This document shows positions 29,740 to 38,859 of a DNA stretch of 64,000 nucleotides, one piece after another. Under the pieces are notes generated by a model. It was given only the letters and a program-made list of their open reading frames with translations, ran no database searches and was not told the origin of the DNA. The translations under genes were made by a program, and so were the position numbers. Each line of letters begins with the position of its first letter. The stretch's first letter is position 1. The stretch covers positions 1-64,000 of the forward strand of contig CDROCS010002890.1 in the NCBI GenBank assembly GCA_977020255.1, given 5' to 3'. Source of the stretch: Obrimoposthia wandeli. Its lineage: Eukaryota.

Positions 29740-30105
29740 ATGACAGCAATTCCAGTAAATAAGCCGTTAAGCTCGGCAGAAACCACGATCACAAAGCTAG
29801 ATTTAGCTGCGGGACCACATTCATTTACATTCGTTAATCACAAGCAAGTGTTAACCATTGAGAATGGTGAAGCAGGACCAGTTACCGCTAATCTTTTAGG
29901 TGATGGTGTTACGGTTTCCAATTGCCCAGGATTAGATCCTATTAGTTTGGCGGCGGGTTATGACTTTGTTATACCTGCAGGCGATACGATGACATTGCAC
30001 ACAACTACGCGCAGTGAATATCTGACGCCTGATGGCAATAATGTTGTTGTTACTGTGACGGGTGCTATTAGTGCTGCGTTTGGTTGGATTAGTGAGACGA
30101 ACTAG
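29740..30105 (+). CDS. Putative virion structural protein
   Basis: 121-aa beta-rich ORF; ends at a terminator. Confidence 0.6.
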   Translation: MTAIPVNKPLSSAETTITKLDLAAGPHSFTFVNHKQVLTIENGEAGPVTANLLGDGVTVSNCPGLDPISLAAGYDFVIPAGDTMTLHTTTRSEYLTPDGNNVVVTVTGAISAAFGWISETN

Positions 30106-30122
30106 ATTTAGTTTTGATGAAG

Positions 30123-30148
30123 AAAAGGCCACTTGATTGTGGCCTTTT
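30123..30148. terminator. Bidirectional intrinsic terminator
   Basis: AAAAGGCCAC-TTGATT-GTGGCCTTTT. Confidence 0.8.
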
Positions 30149-30197
30149 TGTTATCTGTTTATGAAGTTATATATTGCTTCAGTAATACAATCAATCA

Positions 30198-31214
30198 TTA
30201 TTTACCTACCCATTTAACGCCGTGAATCTCGCCAGCCTTAATGGCATCAATTAACTTTTCTGGCTTAACAATGCAATAAGGGCCAATAGCAGCAATAGCC
30301 TTTTCTTTATCGGCGCGAGTGTCAAGTGGCTTAAATACATCAAAAAGCTCAACTCTATTTGCCTCACTGCAACTCTCTGCTATTAATTTACCCTTGTAGT
30401 GACCTAACACTGAAACTTTAAACCAATCCTTGGTGTCACTTCTGTAAGCGTAACCTTGAACCATGCACTCCATACCAGCACTAGGTAACTCTCCATTATC
30501 TGACATCTCTTGCGTGAATACTGGCTTCATGTTGCTCTCTTTTGGTTGTGGTTTAGGGCGGTGAATTCCTACTGATATTAATTCATCTATCAATGACTGC
30601 GGAGCCTCTTGATAAACCCATTTTTTACAAGTATCTTCCATGTCCATCACGTAATACCCCGATACTGATACTCGCTTAATAAATGACTCAGTGTAATCGT
30701 CACCGTCTTCTATATAGATATCTGCACCATCTGGCGCTTTACTCCAATCAATCACTTTACTCTCCTTTTCTAATAGCTTCTTATCTGCTTTAACGTATTC
30801 ATTGAATAGCTCAATGCCTGCATGGTGTGAACACTCTTGTACTAGTGTGTTGAATTGATCTTCGTTAGAGATAACCTCCCACTCCCTAGCCAGTAATCTA
30901 ATATCTTCATCGTCACGCCAGTTACTAATGCGACATTTACTAGCAACAATGTAACGAGAATCGCTTGGCCACTCACCCTTAAACTCATTCACTGCATCCA
31001 TAACTGTTTTCATACTCTCACCTTTGTAATTGTTGAATTCTTCTACTGTGCAAACATATTGGCAACCACTAAAGTTTCCCGTGTCAATTGAGTTGTAGCA
31101 AATGAAAAAGCCCTTGCTTTCAGAGTAGAATAAAAACTCATCACTAATAGAGGGCAGTACCGCATTGCCTAATTCACCATTTAACTCTTTATGTGCTCCT
31201 GCTATTGTTTTCAT
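30198..31214 (-). CDS. Multi-module hypothetical phage protein
   Basis: 338 aa with repeated MKT..A..E..GE modules and an IDWSKAPDGA segment. Confidence 0.75.
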   Translation of the reverse strand: MKTIAGAHKELNGELGNAVLPSISDEFLFYSESKGFFICYNSIDTGNFSGCQYVCTVEEFNNYKGESMKTVMDAVNEFKGEWPSDSRYIVASKCRISNWRDDEDIRLLAREWEVISNEDQFNTLVQECSHHAGIELFNEYVKADKKLLEKESKVIDWSKAPDGADIYIEDGDDYTESFIKRVSVSGYYVMDMEDTCKKWVYQEAPQSLIDELISVGIHRPKPQPKESNMKPVFTQEMSDNGELPSAGMECMVQGYAYRSDTKDWFKVSVLGHYKGKLIAESCSEANRVELFDVFKPLDTRADKEKAIAAIGPYCIVKPEKLIDAIKAGEIHGVKWVGK

Positions 31215-31436
31215 TATTCACCCTCCAATTTATGTTTATCACAAAAGCCTTGTTCGACTTCACTTTCATTTAATATTACGTGGCACACTTCACACTCTTT
31301 TTCTTCAACGCAATCCCACGGGCATTTTTTATGCTGACAATCATCAGGGTAATTACTCATAGTAACCACGCGAAGATTAAGCAGCACCCGAAGATGTATA
31401 GCACACCCTCGAATAGTGTTATGTCTTGGTTATTTT

Positions 31437-31718
31437 TCATTTTATCAATCCAAAAACAGGCACGAATCCGACTGTGCGGTTGTTAACCTTTTCTGGCTTA
31501 TACCCATTAAATATAAGATCTCCTGATTCGCATAGCTCCATCATGCACTTAAAAGTGTTGCCGCAATAACTAAAGCCATATTTATATAACTTATAGTTAG
31601 CGTGATCAACAGTAAAATCAACTGATGATATCTTCATTAGCTCAGTTATCAACCATTTAGTATTAACTTTATTCGCCTTTAGTTTTTTAGCCGTTACCCT
31701 TAAGGTAGCCATCATCAT
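31437..31718 (-). CDS. Hypothetical protein (possible wHTH)
   Basis: 93 aa; first gene of the leftward unit from the promoter at 31743-31771. Confidence 0.6.
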   Translation of the reverse strand: MMMATLRVTAKKLKANKVNTKWLITELMKISSVDFTVDHANYKLYKYGFSYCGNTFKCMMELCESGDLIFNGYKPEKVNNRTVGFVPVFGLIK

Positions 31719-31742
31719 TCCTCAATTATTTAAACTAAACAC

Positions 31743-31794
31743 AATATACTCCACATAAACGCAACTTGCAACATTAAATGTAAAGTAGTACTAT
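31743..31794. promoter_or_regulatory. Divergent promoters sharing a palindromic -35 TTGCAA
   Basis: TTGCAA (31766-31771) lies 17 nt from TATATT on the minus strand and 17 nt from TACTAT on the plus strand; each spacer carries a TAAAYGYAA box. Confidence 0.6.
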
Positions 31795-31823
31795 ACAAAC
31801 ATAATCAACAAGAGAATTACATA

Positions 31824-32258
31824 ATGAAGAAAGAAATATTTGATCTAGTGCTAGATTTTCATAAAGAATTAATCCGCGCTACTTTGTCAGAAGATACTGT
31901 TGCCAATGCTGAAGCTATATTAGTTAATGGTGATAAAAAATTGGCGGGTATTGGTGCGCAGAAACGGTCGCGTGCTAATTCGTTTGTCAAAACACTTGAG
32001 AGTAGATTGGTTACGCTTGTTAGTTGGAATGAAGCGCTTACATGTTTTGATACTAAAGTAAAACTGTATTGCTCCGACGCTAAGCGAACGCCTCACAAAG
32101 ATGTATTCGAAGCACTTAACCTGGTATTAAACCACGACCTAAAAATAGGCACCGCAGCAACTCAATGCAACGTAAACTTTCAATCAGTCAAAGCACTAAA
32201 ACCACGTTTTGAGCGCTATGAAACTTACGCTAAGAAATTAAAACATTTGGTGGTATAA
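31824..32258 (+). CDS. Putative transcriptional regulator with C-terminal HTH
   Basis: VFEALNLVLNHDLKIGTAATQCNVNFQSVKA HTH-like pattern. Confidence 0.55.
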   Translation: MKKEIFDLVLDFHKELIRATLSEDTVANAEAILVNGDKKLAGIGAQKRSRANSFVKTLESRLVTLVSWNEALTCFDTKVKLYCSDAKRTPHKDVFEALNLVLNHDLKIGTAATQCNVNFQSVKALKPRFERYETYAKKLKHLVV

Positions 32259-32300
32259 TTGCTGCGTCAAATGACAAGCAATTAATATAAGGAATTTACC

Positions 32301-32333
32301 ATGACTGGTAACAAGCCACCTCGCGAAGATTAG
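32301..32333 (+). CDS. Micro-peptide MTGNKPPRED
   Basis: AAGGA SD with canonical spacing, downstream of the TGgTATAAT promoter; followed by a hairpin and a membrane-protein gene. Confidence 0.45.
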   Translation: MTGNKPPRED

Positions 32334-32375
32334 TTTTGTAATGCCGTGTAATGGCATTAACTTGAAAGGTATTAT

Positions 32376-32867
32376 ATGCTGAGTATTGTGATTATAGCGG
32401 CCTATATGGTCGCTTTTTTATGTGATAAGAAAGCTTTTACACTATTGTTTGCTTCTGTATGTTGTGAATTTATCGGATGGTCGCCACTATTCATATGGTC
32501 CCACGGGTATTATTACGGAATGCTTAATTTTACTGTATGGGGAATTATATATGCAATGTACGTACTACTTGAAAGCGTAAAAGGTAGAGCATTATATGCA
32601 TGTGTATTAATGGTTGTTTTTCAACTATCAATGAGCGTCGATTGTAGGATATCCGATGGTGCTAAAACAAATATGTATATTTCTTATGAGTATATCCTTA
32701 TGCTTATTCACTGTTATATCCTTTCTTCATTTATTTCGAGGGGAAATATTATCAGGCTTATGGGCGATATCTCTTCAGTTTTTCGGGCTATCTGCGCTCA
32801 GTATGTTCTTAATATGGTTTGCTGGTATACTATACACATCAGCCAAAAAACTAAAAGCTCGGAATAA
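32376..32867 (+). CDS. Polytopic membrane protein
   Basis: About five hydrophobic segments in 163 aa. Confidence 0.75.
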   Translation: MLSIVIIAAYMVAFLCDKKAFTLLFASVCCEFIGWSPLFIWSHGYYYGMLNFTVWGIIYAMYVLLESVKGRALYACVLMVVFQLSMSVDCRISDGAKTNMYISYEYILMLIHCYILSSFISRGNIIRLMGDISSVFRAICAQYVLNMVCWYTIHISQKTKSSE

Positions 32868-33241
32868 TGCCAGATAAGAACCTGACAGAAATAAAAGTCG
32901 CATTAGCACTGCTTGAAAAAGCAAGTACAGATAACACTAATGCTCAGACGAAAATGACGGGTGAGTTAACAGAATTAGTGTCTACAATGCGCGAAAGTAA
33001 TGTTAGGTCTGATCTAATGCTTGATGCACTAGTCGAGCAAGGCAATAAAAACGAAGCGTCAATAAACAAACACCTAGATTTTGCTGGCCCTATCTTAATG
33101 AGGGCGAAAAGACACCAAGATAATATGGACAAGATGATCACCAGTGTTTTCAGTAAAGGCGGCTTACTTGTTTTTGGTATAGTTCTTTTAGCTATCGGCG
33201 CATTGTTTGGCATAGACCCATCATCAATAAAGGTTAAATAA
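32867..33241 (+). CDS. Coiled-coil protein with C-terminal TM helix (possible holin/antiholin)
   Basis: Heptad N-terminus and a GGLLVFGIVLLAIGALFGI anchor. Confidence 0.55.
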   Translation: MPDKNLTEIKVALALLEKASTDNTNAQTKMTGELTELVSTMRESNVRSDLMLDALVEQGNKNEASINKHLDFAGPILMRAKRHQDNMDKMITSVFSKGGLLVFGIVLLAIGALFGIDPSSIKVK

Positions 33242-33621
33242 TGGCTATAGTAATCACACCTGACGACATTAAAGAGTTTTGCAGTACATCATTATCTGAT
33301 GCAGCTATTAACGCTTTGATTTGCGTTGTACAGGATAAAATGGGCGAGTGCGTTGAATCTTCATATTCTGAATGCGTAGGGAAACAAGTATTAATTTATG
33401 CTACTTGCCATTTGACAGAATCCGACAAAGGCTCAGCAACACAAAAACGTGCGGCAAATGGTGCAAGTATCAGCACTGAATATTACGGCACTGGCGAGGG
33501 CTTAAAATCAACGCCTAGTGGTAGATTACTTATAATGATTGATAGCGCTGGCTGTTATAACGGCTTATTTGTATCGCCATTAATGTTTGGTACTGTTGGC
33601 AATCCTGCGAGGCCTTGCTAA
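33241..33621 (+). CDS. Head-tail connector/adaptor protein
   Basis: ITPDDIKEF...LSDAAI..., YATCHL, GASIS...GL.ST..G..L; located at the start of the neck module. Confidence 0.7.
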   Translation: MAIVITPDDIKEFCSTSLSDAAINALICVVQDKMGECVESSYSECVGKQVLIYATCHLTESDKGSATQKRAANGASISTEYYGTGEGLKSTPSGRLLIMIDSAGCYNGLFVSPLMFGTVGNPARPC

Positions 33622-33980
33622 TGTCTGAACCGATACGATGCACAGCAAATACTGCCGCTACCATTTGGCCTATATTGACTAAAGATCAATACGGCAAAAC
33701 TACTTATGGTCCTGCGTATTTAATTACCTGCACATTTGAGCAAGGTTCTAGTCGTCAATATCGTGATGCACAAGGAACGCTTTATATTCCTGCCTCAATA
33801 TTCTGGTACGAATTTAACTCAACAAATGGAATGCCAGGGTTAAACGATAAAATTGCCCTTGGTGATTTCTCGTTGACTGCTGACCCAATGACCGTTGATG
33901 GAATAGAATTAATTAAAAACCGTATTAAACAAGATAATTCAGTACTTGAAGATACTGACGATATGATGGTGTTGACGTAA
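33621..33980 (+). CDS. Head closure/head-tail joining protein
   Basis: TA.ATIW...DQYG..T.G motif; synteny. Confidence 0.7.
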   Translation: MSEPIRCTANTAATIWPILTKDQYGKTTYGPAYLITCTFEQGSSRQYRDAQGTLYIPASIFWYEFNSTNGMPGLNDKIALGDFSLTADPMTVDGIELIKNRIKQDNSVLEDTDDMMVLT

Positions 33981-34369
33981 TGCCAGTAACCGGCGTTGAT
34001 AAAGTTAAGTCAAATTATAGGCGAGTGTTTAAAGATATTCGGGAAAAGAAAGCGGTGCAGTTTACGCAAACAGTTTTATCAATTGGCTGGGCTGCTTCAA
34101 GAGAATTAACGCCTATTGAATACGGTGTGTTAATAAATAGCGTAACAATGTTTATTGATGGCAAGGCAACTTCGGTAACTGGCGAATTAATGTATAATGC
34201 AAATTATGCTGCTGCATTAGAATTTAGCGTATGGCGGCCAAGACCGATTAATTTAAAAGATGGCCCCGCTACTAATATGTCAGCCGAACCACATTTTTTA
34301 CGCAAAGGTTTTGAATCACCAGAAAGCCAAGCAGCAATCAAGCAAGCAATTAATATATTTAAGGTGTGA
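33980..34369 (+). CDS. HK97 gp10-like neck/tail completion protein
   Basis: TPIEYGVLINS...YNANYAA.LE...AEPHFL.KGFE. Confidence 0.75.
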   Translation: MPVTGVDKVKSNYRRVFKDIREKKAVQFTQTVLSIGWAASRELTPIEYGVLINSVTMFIDGKATSVTGELMYNANYAAALEFSVWRPRPINLKDGPATNMSAEPHFLRKGFESPESQAAIKQAINIFKV

Positions 34370-34433
34370 TTATGAATTATTTAAACGGCGATAGCGATTC
34401 AGTTTTTGATAACGGATTTTCAGGCGGATAATT

Positions 34434-34874
34434 ATGGCAACAACAATAGCAGACCTTGAAGAGAAGCAACTTGAAGACCACCTAATTACAGGCGGGTTTT
34501 TAGGTGCGTTTACTGATATTTTAGGCGATGCACAACCTGCGCCGACTGTTCAAATATTTGAGTTGAATACTGTTGATCTAAAGCCTGATGAACGAGCGGT
34601 AATGATCCGTGATGTTGGCGGTGTAACTAATCAAGCTACCAGAACGTTTCATAAAATAAGAAACATGATCGTCGTTGTTTGTGGGCAGACTAATGAAGCG
34701 GATAGAATTGTTGTACGTGGTTTAGCTGAAGATATGGAAAAATGGTTATCAGCCAACCCTAATGATGGTGGCTGCATCTTTGATATATCATCAAGCGGAG
34801 TTAATGGGCCTTTTACATTAGCCGATTCACGCCGCATTTATGAGGTTAATATCTCGGTTAAGTTTAATATATAG
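34434..34874 (+). CDS. Tail terminator protein
   Basis: 146 aa preceding the tail tube gene; SSG.NGP....D.R.IYE.N motif. Confidence 0.65.
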   Translation: MATTIADLEEKQLEDHLITGGFLGAFTDILGDAQPAPTVQIFELNTVDLKPDERAVMIRDVGGVTNQATRTFHKIRNMIVVVCGQTNEADRIVVRGLAEDMEKWLSANPNDGGCIFDISSSGVNGPFTLADSRRIYEVNISVKFNI

Positions 34875-35480
34875 TTATTCTATTCTGTATGCCAGCAAAG
34901 CTGATTTTAACGGATCACTCTGCTTTAACGCTATTTCCTTTATTATTGCATACTTAGCTTTTTTATATGCGTTAGACGCTGCAGATGAAGAGTTAAAATA
35001 TCCAATATGCCTCCTATTTCCGTTAATATTGATGCTCGACATAAATCTATTATGAAATTTACTCCATGAAACCCCTTGTGGGTATGCGCCTCGCTTAGCT
35101 TTGTGATCAGTTAATAGTTTATTGATTTGATGGCTGACAAAGATACAAGTTTCAGGTGAGTAAATTTTGTTACCTTGAACAAGTATGTCCTTGTCTATTT
35201 CTTTTTCTTTCCAATCTTGCGCGATCATCCAAGTTTTAAAATTACTAAATGTTAACCAATCAGTGCAAACTGTACAGTCTTTATATGTAGGGAATTTTGA
35301 TTTAAATGCAGGAGAGTAGCATCTAGATAGAACATGGTGCCACCGACTATAGTAAGGGCATTTAAATTCTTTATTGTTCACTGTTATTTTGATCGTATAG
35401 TCAGCATCATTAATGCCTATGCCAAAAATGGACTTTCTTTGACCTAGAGACTTGTTGCTTGCGGGGATTTCTTGAAACAT
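34875..35480 (-). CDS. HNH-type homing endonuclease (antisense insertion); paralog of 42193-42801
   Basis: GIGIND, RW..VLSRCY, CTVC.DWLTFSNFK.W, DKD.L.QGNK.YSPETC.FVS, P.GV.W. Confidence 0.88.
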   Translation of the reverse strand: MFQEIPASNKSLGQRKSIFGIGINDADYTIKITVNNKEFKCPYYSRWHHVLSRCYSPAFKSKFPTYKDCTVCTDWLTFSNFKTWMIAQDWKEKEIDKDILVQGNKIYSPETCIFVSHQINKLLTDHKAKRGAYPQGVSWSKFHNRFMSSININGNRRHIGYFNSSSAASNAYKKAKYAIIKEIALKQSDPLKSALLAYRIE

Positions 35481-35522
35481 AATAATTACCTTAGTCTTGG
35501 CATGTCACTTTGGGAGTTGTTC

Positions 35523-35570
35523 GCGATGTCTGGTGACAAAATCAGAGCGGGGTAATTAGTCCCTCATCGC
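35523..35570 (-). ncRNA. Three-helix structured RNA element E3 upstream of HNH gene
   Basis: Minus strand: P1 GCGATG/CATCGC; P2 GGG-ACTAATTA-CCC; P3 TCTG-[ATTTTGTCAC]-CAGA. The loop is complementary to GTGACA (35503-35508). Promoter TTGCAT-17-TATAAT lies just upstream. Confidence 0.75.
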
Positions 35571-35687
35571 TTAATTATTATAACTAACAGTCAAACATAA
35601 TGCAAAGCATAGCGCATACTTTCAACATTAATTAACTATATGGTACAATCAACATGTTAATTAATAAAATAATCAAGGAGCCACACA

Positions 35688-36182
35688 ATGGCTGAATGTA
35701 CTACACCACAAAACATTATAGGCGATGATCTTGTCGTTGGTTTCGCCATTGGTTGCGGGGATGATGACTATGCAGGCTTAACGTATAAGCCGTTTGGCTC
35801 TATAAGCTCAAAACAATTAAACTCTGCTGCTACCACAACCGCAAATGATAGCGATCTTTCTGGGCCTACATCATCTGAACTTGTAACAGGAATGGGCTTT
35901 GAGCTTTCTGTTAGTGGGTTTATAGATTCTATAGATTCAGCCTTAACGGCTCAAAATGAACTGATAATGTATCGATATGACGAGATACTAGGCGGTAGAC
36001 AGCCAACAGTTTGGATAAAAATCATGGGGGCTAATTACCCAAGAATTTGGCATAACTTCATGAACGTCAAGGACATTAATGAAGGTGGACAAGCTAAAGA
36101 GGCCGCTACTGTTGAATTTTCTTTAGGGATAGCCAATACAGGCACAACTCAAAAGTCAATAAACTTGTCAGCAGCGGTGTAA
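35688..36182 (+). CDS. Tail tube (major tail) protein
   Basis: G..LVVGFAIGCGD, .ND.D.....ELVTG..FE.SVSG, R.P.VW.K; position before the chaperone and tape measure genes. Confidence 0.82.
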   Translation: MAECTTPQNIIGDDLVVGFAIGCGDDDYAGLTYKPFGSISSKQLNSAATTTANDSDLSGPTSSELVTGMGFELSVSGFIDSIDSALTAQNELIMYRYDEILGGRQPTVWIKIMGANYPRIWHNFMNVKDINEGGQAKEAATVEFSLGIANTGTTQKSINLSAAV

Positions 36183-36757
36183 TGCTAACAGCATATGGTC
36201 ATAGCAAAATAGAATGGGACGACAAGACTTTTAACTTATCGCCCACTTTCGCTAATATTGCTAAAATTGGATCACCTACTGAGATAATCGACACGTTCAA
36301 GTCGTTTATCTCAGAATCTAATGTCGTATTCAAGTTTGCCATTGCACTCGATGTACTAAGGTGTTGCAGTAAACCAGAATTACCCGAGTCATTTACAGGC
36401 ACACTTAAATTTAGTGAAAGACAGCAACGATTCATGATCACTCAACCTAGTCACGGCATCAATATGATTAATGATGTTATCGTGCTTGCTGAGCATTGTT
36501 TGATCCACGGCATTTGCGGGAAAGTAGAAAGTGAATCATCTGGCGAACCTGTTACTGAATTCGACGCCTATGGTTATATGGAGTTGGCACGCATGAAATT
36601 AAACGTTCCTATGTCCGAAGCTTCTAATATGACTATGACAGAGTTTTGTCGTTTGATGGCTAAAGAATTCCCACCTGAGAAAAATGAAAATATCGGTAGC
36701 CGCAAAGAGCAAGAAGAAATGGTTGCATGGTTTAACGCGAATAATAAGGTTCACTGA
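36182..36757 (+). CDS. Tail assembly chaperone-like protein
   Basis: PTF.NIA.IG.P.EI...F, LA.HCL.HG.CG, FDA..YMELAR, MTMTEF motifs; between the tube and tape measure genes. Confidence 0.72.
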   Translation: MLTAYGHSKIEWDDKTFNLSPTFANIAKIGSPTEIIDTFKSFISESNVVFKFAIALDVLRCCSKPELPESFTGTLKFSERQQRFMITQPSHGINMINDVIVLAEHCLIHGICGKVESESSGEPVTEFDAYGYMELARMKLNVPMSEASNMTMTEFCRLMAKEFPPEKNENIGSRKEQEEMVAWFNANNKVH

Positions 36758-38859
36758 TGGCTGAGAATGTTGGTTCAATACGCTACACCACGGAAGTTGA
36801 CACTTCAGACACATTGACGGCTGAAAAACAGATCGATAAAGCCACCAATGATATGGCTAACGACTTTAAAAAAGTTGATACTGCAGTTAAGAAAACCAGC
36901 AACGAAATCAAAAAGACAACAAAAGCAGTTGATGCCGCATTGACTGCTCAAAATAAAGCGACAGAACGCGCTGCCAAGACCGCAGAGCGAACTGCCGAAA
37001 GGAAAGCAAAAGCCGCTGAAAGAGAAGCTGAACGCGCAAAAGTTGCCGCTAACAAAGCAGCAGACGCAGAGGTTGCAGCCGCAAAAAGAGCCGCCTCAGC
37101 AGTAGCGAGAGAGGCTAAAAAAGCAGAGCAAGCAAAACAAGCCGCTGCAGAAAGGTCAACGAGAGCGGTAGTCGCAACCAATAGGCGCGCTGCTGCTTCA
37201 GAGCAAAAGAGAATAGCGGGATTTGGTCGATCATCTGGTCAAGCTGGTATACAGGTTCAGCAATTCGTTGGTCAAATACAAGGCGGTCAAAACGCCATGC
37301 TTGCATTGTCAGCACAGGCTGCCGATCTAGGTTTTGTATTAGGCGCTCCATTGCTGGGTGCTGTTGTTGGTATATCAGCATCTATTGCTGGCTTTTTACT
37401 GCCAAACTTATTCAAAGCTACCGAGGGATTACTTACCACATCAGAAGCGGCTGACAAATTAAAAGGATCTTTTGATAAGTTAAACGATCAACAAAAAGCA
37501 GCAGCCACACTTGTATTTCAGCAAAAATTAAAGAAAGACGAGAAAGCATTAGAAGATTTACGTGTTGAGCTTGGTTTAGCGCAAAATGATTTACTTGCAG
37601 TTCAGCAAGTAGGTGAAACGTTTATATCTGGATTGTTTGGCGTTAACACTAAAAAAGCAACGCAGAGAATATCTGATCTATCAGGTAGTATTGTCGCCTT
37701 AGAAATTGACATAGGCGAAACTAAACAGGCGCTTGGTGATTTGGGCGCGATAGGCACAGAAGGAACATCTAAATTCAAAGAGGTGCTAGATACTGTCATC
37801 TTATCGCTTGAAGCTCAAACGATTGCGTTACGCGATGGAGAGCAAGCATCATTTAGATTCAACATCGCTCAGCAATTAGGACTTAAAACAGGCGAGCAAA
37901 TACCTGATGTTATCGATGCACAAATTGATGCATTATTTAAGTTAAAGGCTGCACAAGATGCTACAAAAGAAAGTGACACTAAAAAGAAAAGTGTAGCAAG
38001 TGCTGTCGGTGGTATAGGTATATCTCAAGAAGATTCTTTGACACAGCGATTAGAGCAAGATCAAGCGAAACTAGATGAAGCTGTTAACCTAAAATTAATA
38101 TCAGAAGAAAACTATTTATCAAGAGTTGAAGAGTTAAATAAACAGCACGAAGAGAAAATGAAAACATTGCGCGAAAAGTCTGCTGAAGATTCTATTATTA
38201 ATTTCGAAGCACTAGAAAACCAAATTGTCGGTACTTTTGCTGCAATCGCTACAGGCGCGCAAGATGGCAAGGCAGCAATATCTAGCTTGGCAAGTGCAGT
38301 GTTAACGCAAATGGTAGGCGCATTAATTAAAATGGGCATACAGGCTGTTATCGGACAAACCACAGCAGCAGCGGCAACATCTGCGGCAATGGGCACGATT
38401 GCAGTGGCAGCAGCTCCCGCAGCGGCATTAGTATCATTAGCAACTGCAGGCGCAAACGCTGCACCCGCTGGTGTTGGTATTGCAACCGTAACAGGACTTG
38501 CTGAAAGTGTTGCAATTGCTGGTGGTCGTCAATTTGGCGGACCAGTTAACGGCGGAGATGCTTATCGTGTTGGCGAGGCTGGGCCTGAAATCTTTTCATC
38601 TGGTGGTAAGAATTTCATGATACCTGGGGAAAATGGTAAAGTGATTGCTAATGATGATATTGGAGGCGGCAGTGGATTTACGCAGAATGTTGAAATCGTT
38701 AATAACACGCCTGCAAATGTAAGCACCTCGACTAGTAATGACGGCAAGCAAATGCGAATAATTATAAACGAGATCGCAAACCAGATTAATACGAATCAGG
38801 GTATTATACCAAGATCCCTTAAATCAAATACTAACACAAAATTCAAAGCGAACTCATAA
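36757..38859 (+). CDS. Tape measure protein (700 aa)
   Basis: ENVGSI.Y..EVDT, Ala-rich helical body, QAG.Q.QQFVGQIQGGQ, C-terminal GGRQFGGPV..G..Y.VGEAGPE. Confidence 0.92.
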   Translation: MAENVGSIRYTTEVDTSDTLTAEKQIDKATNDMANDFKKVDTAVKKTSNEIKKTTKAVDAALTAQNKATERAAKTAERTAERKAKAAEREAERAKVAANKAADAEVAAAKRAASAVAREAKKAEQAKQAAAERSTRAVVATNRRAAASEQKRIAGFGRSSGQAGIQVQQFVGQIQGGQNAMLALSAQAADLGFVLGAPLLGAVVGISASIAGFLLPNLFKATEGLLTTSEAADKLKGSFDKLNDQQKAAATLVFQQKLKKDEKALEDLRVELGLAQNDLLAVQQVGETFISGLFGVNTKKATQRISDLSGSIVALEIDIGETKQALGDLGAIGTEGTSKFKEVLDTVILSLEAQTIALRDGEQASFRFNIAQQLGLKTGEQIPDVIDAQIDALFKLKAAQDATKESDTKKKSVASAVGGIGISQEDSLTQRLEQDQAKLDEAVNLKLISEENYLSRVEELNKQHEEKMKTLREKSAEDSIINFEALENQIVGTFAAIATGAQDGKAAISSLASAVLTQMVGALIKMGIQAVIGQTTAAAATSAAMGTIAVAAAPAAALVSLATAGANAAPAGVGIATVTGLAESVAIAGGRQFGGPVNGGDAYRVGEAGPEIFSSGGKNFMIPGENGKVIANDDIGGGSGFTQNVEIVNNTPANVSTSTSNDGKQMRIIINEIANQINTNQGIIPRSLKSNTNTKFKANS

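Noticed and set aside
36948-38747. Antisense ORFs within the tape measure gene (and similar shadow ORFs in the portal, protease and helicase genes)
   Set aside because: They are by-products of Ala/Lys-rich codon usage on the coding strand, with no SD or independent signal.
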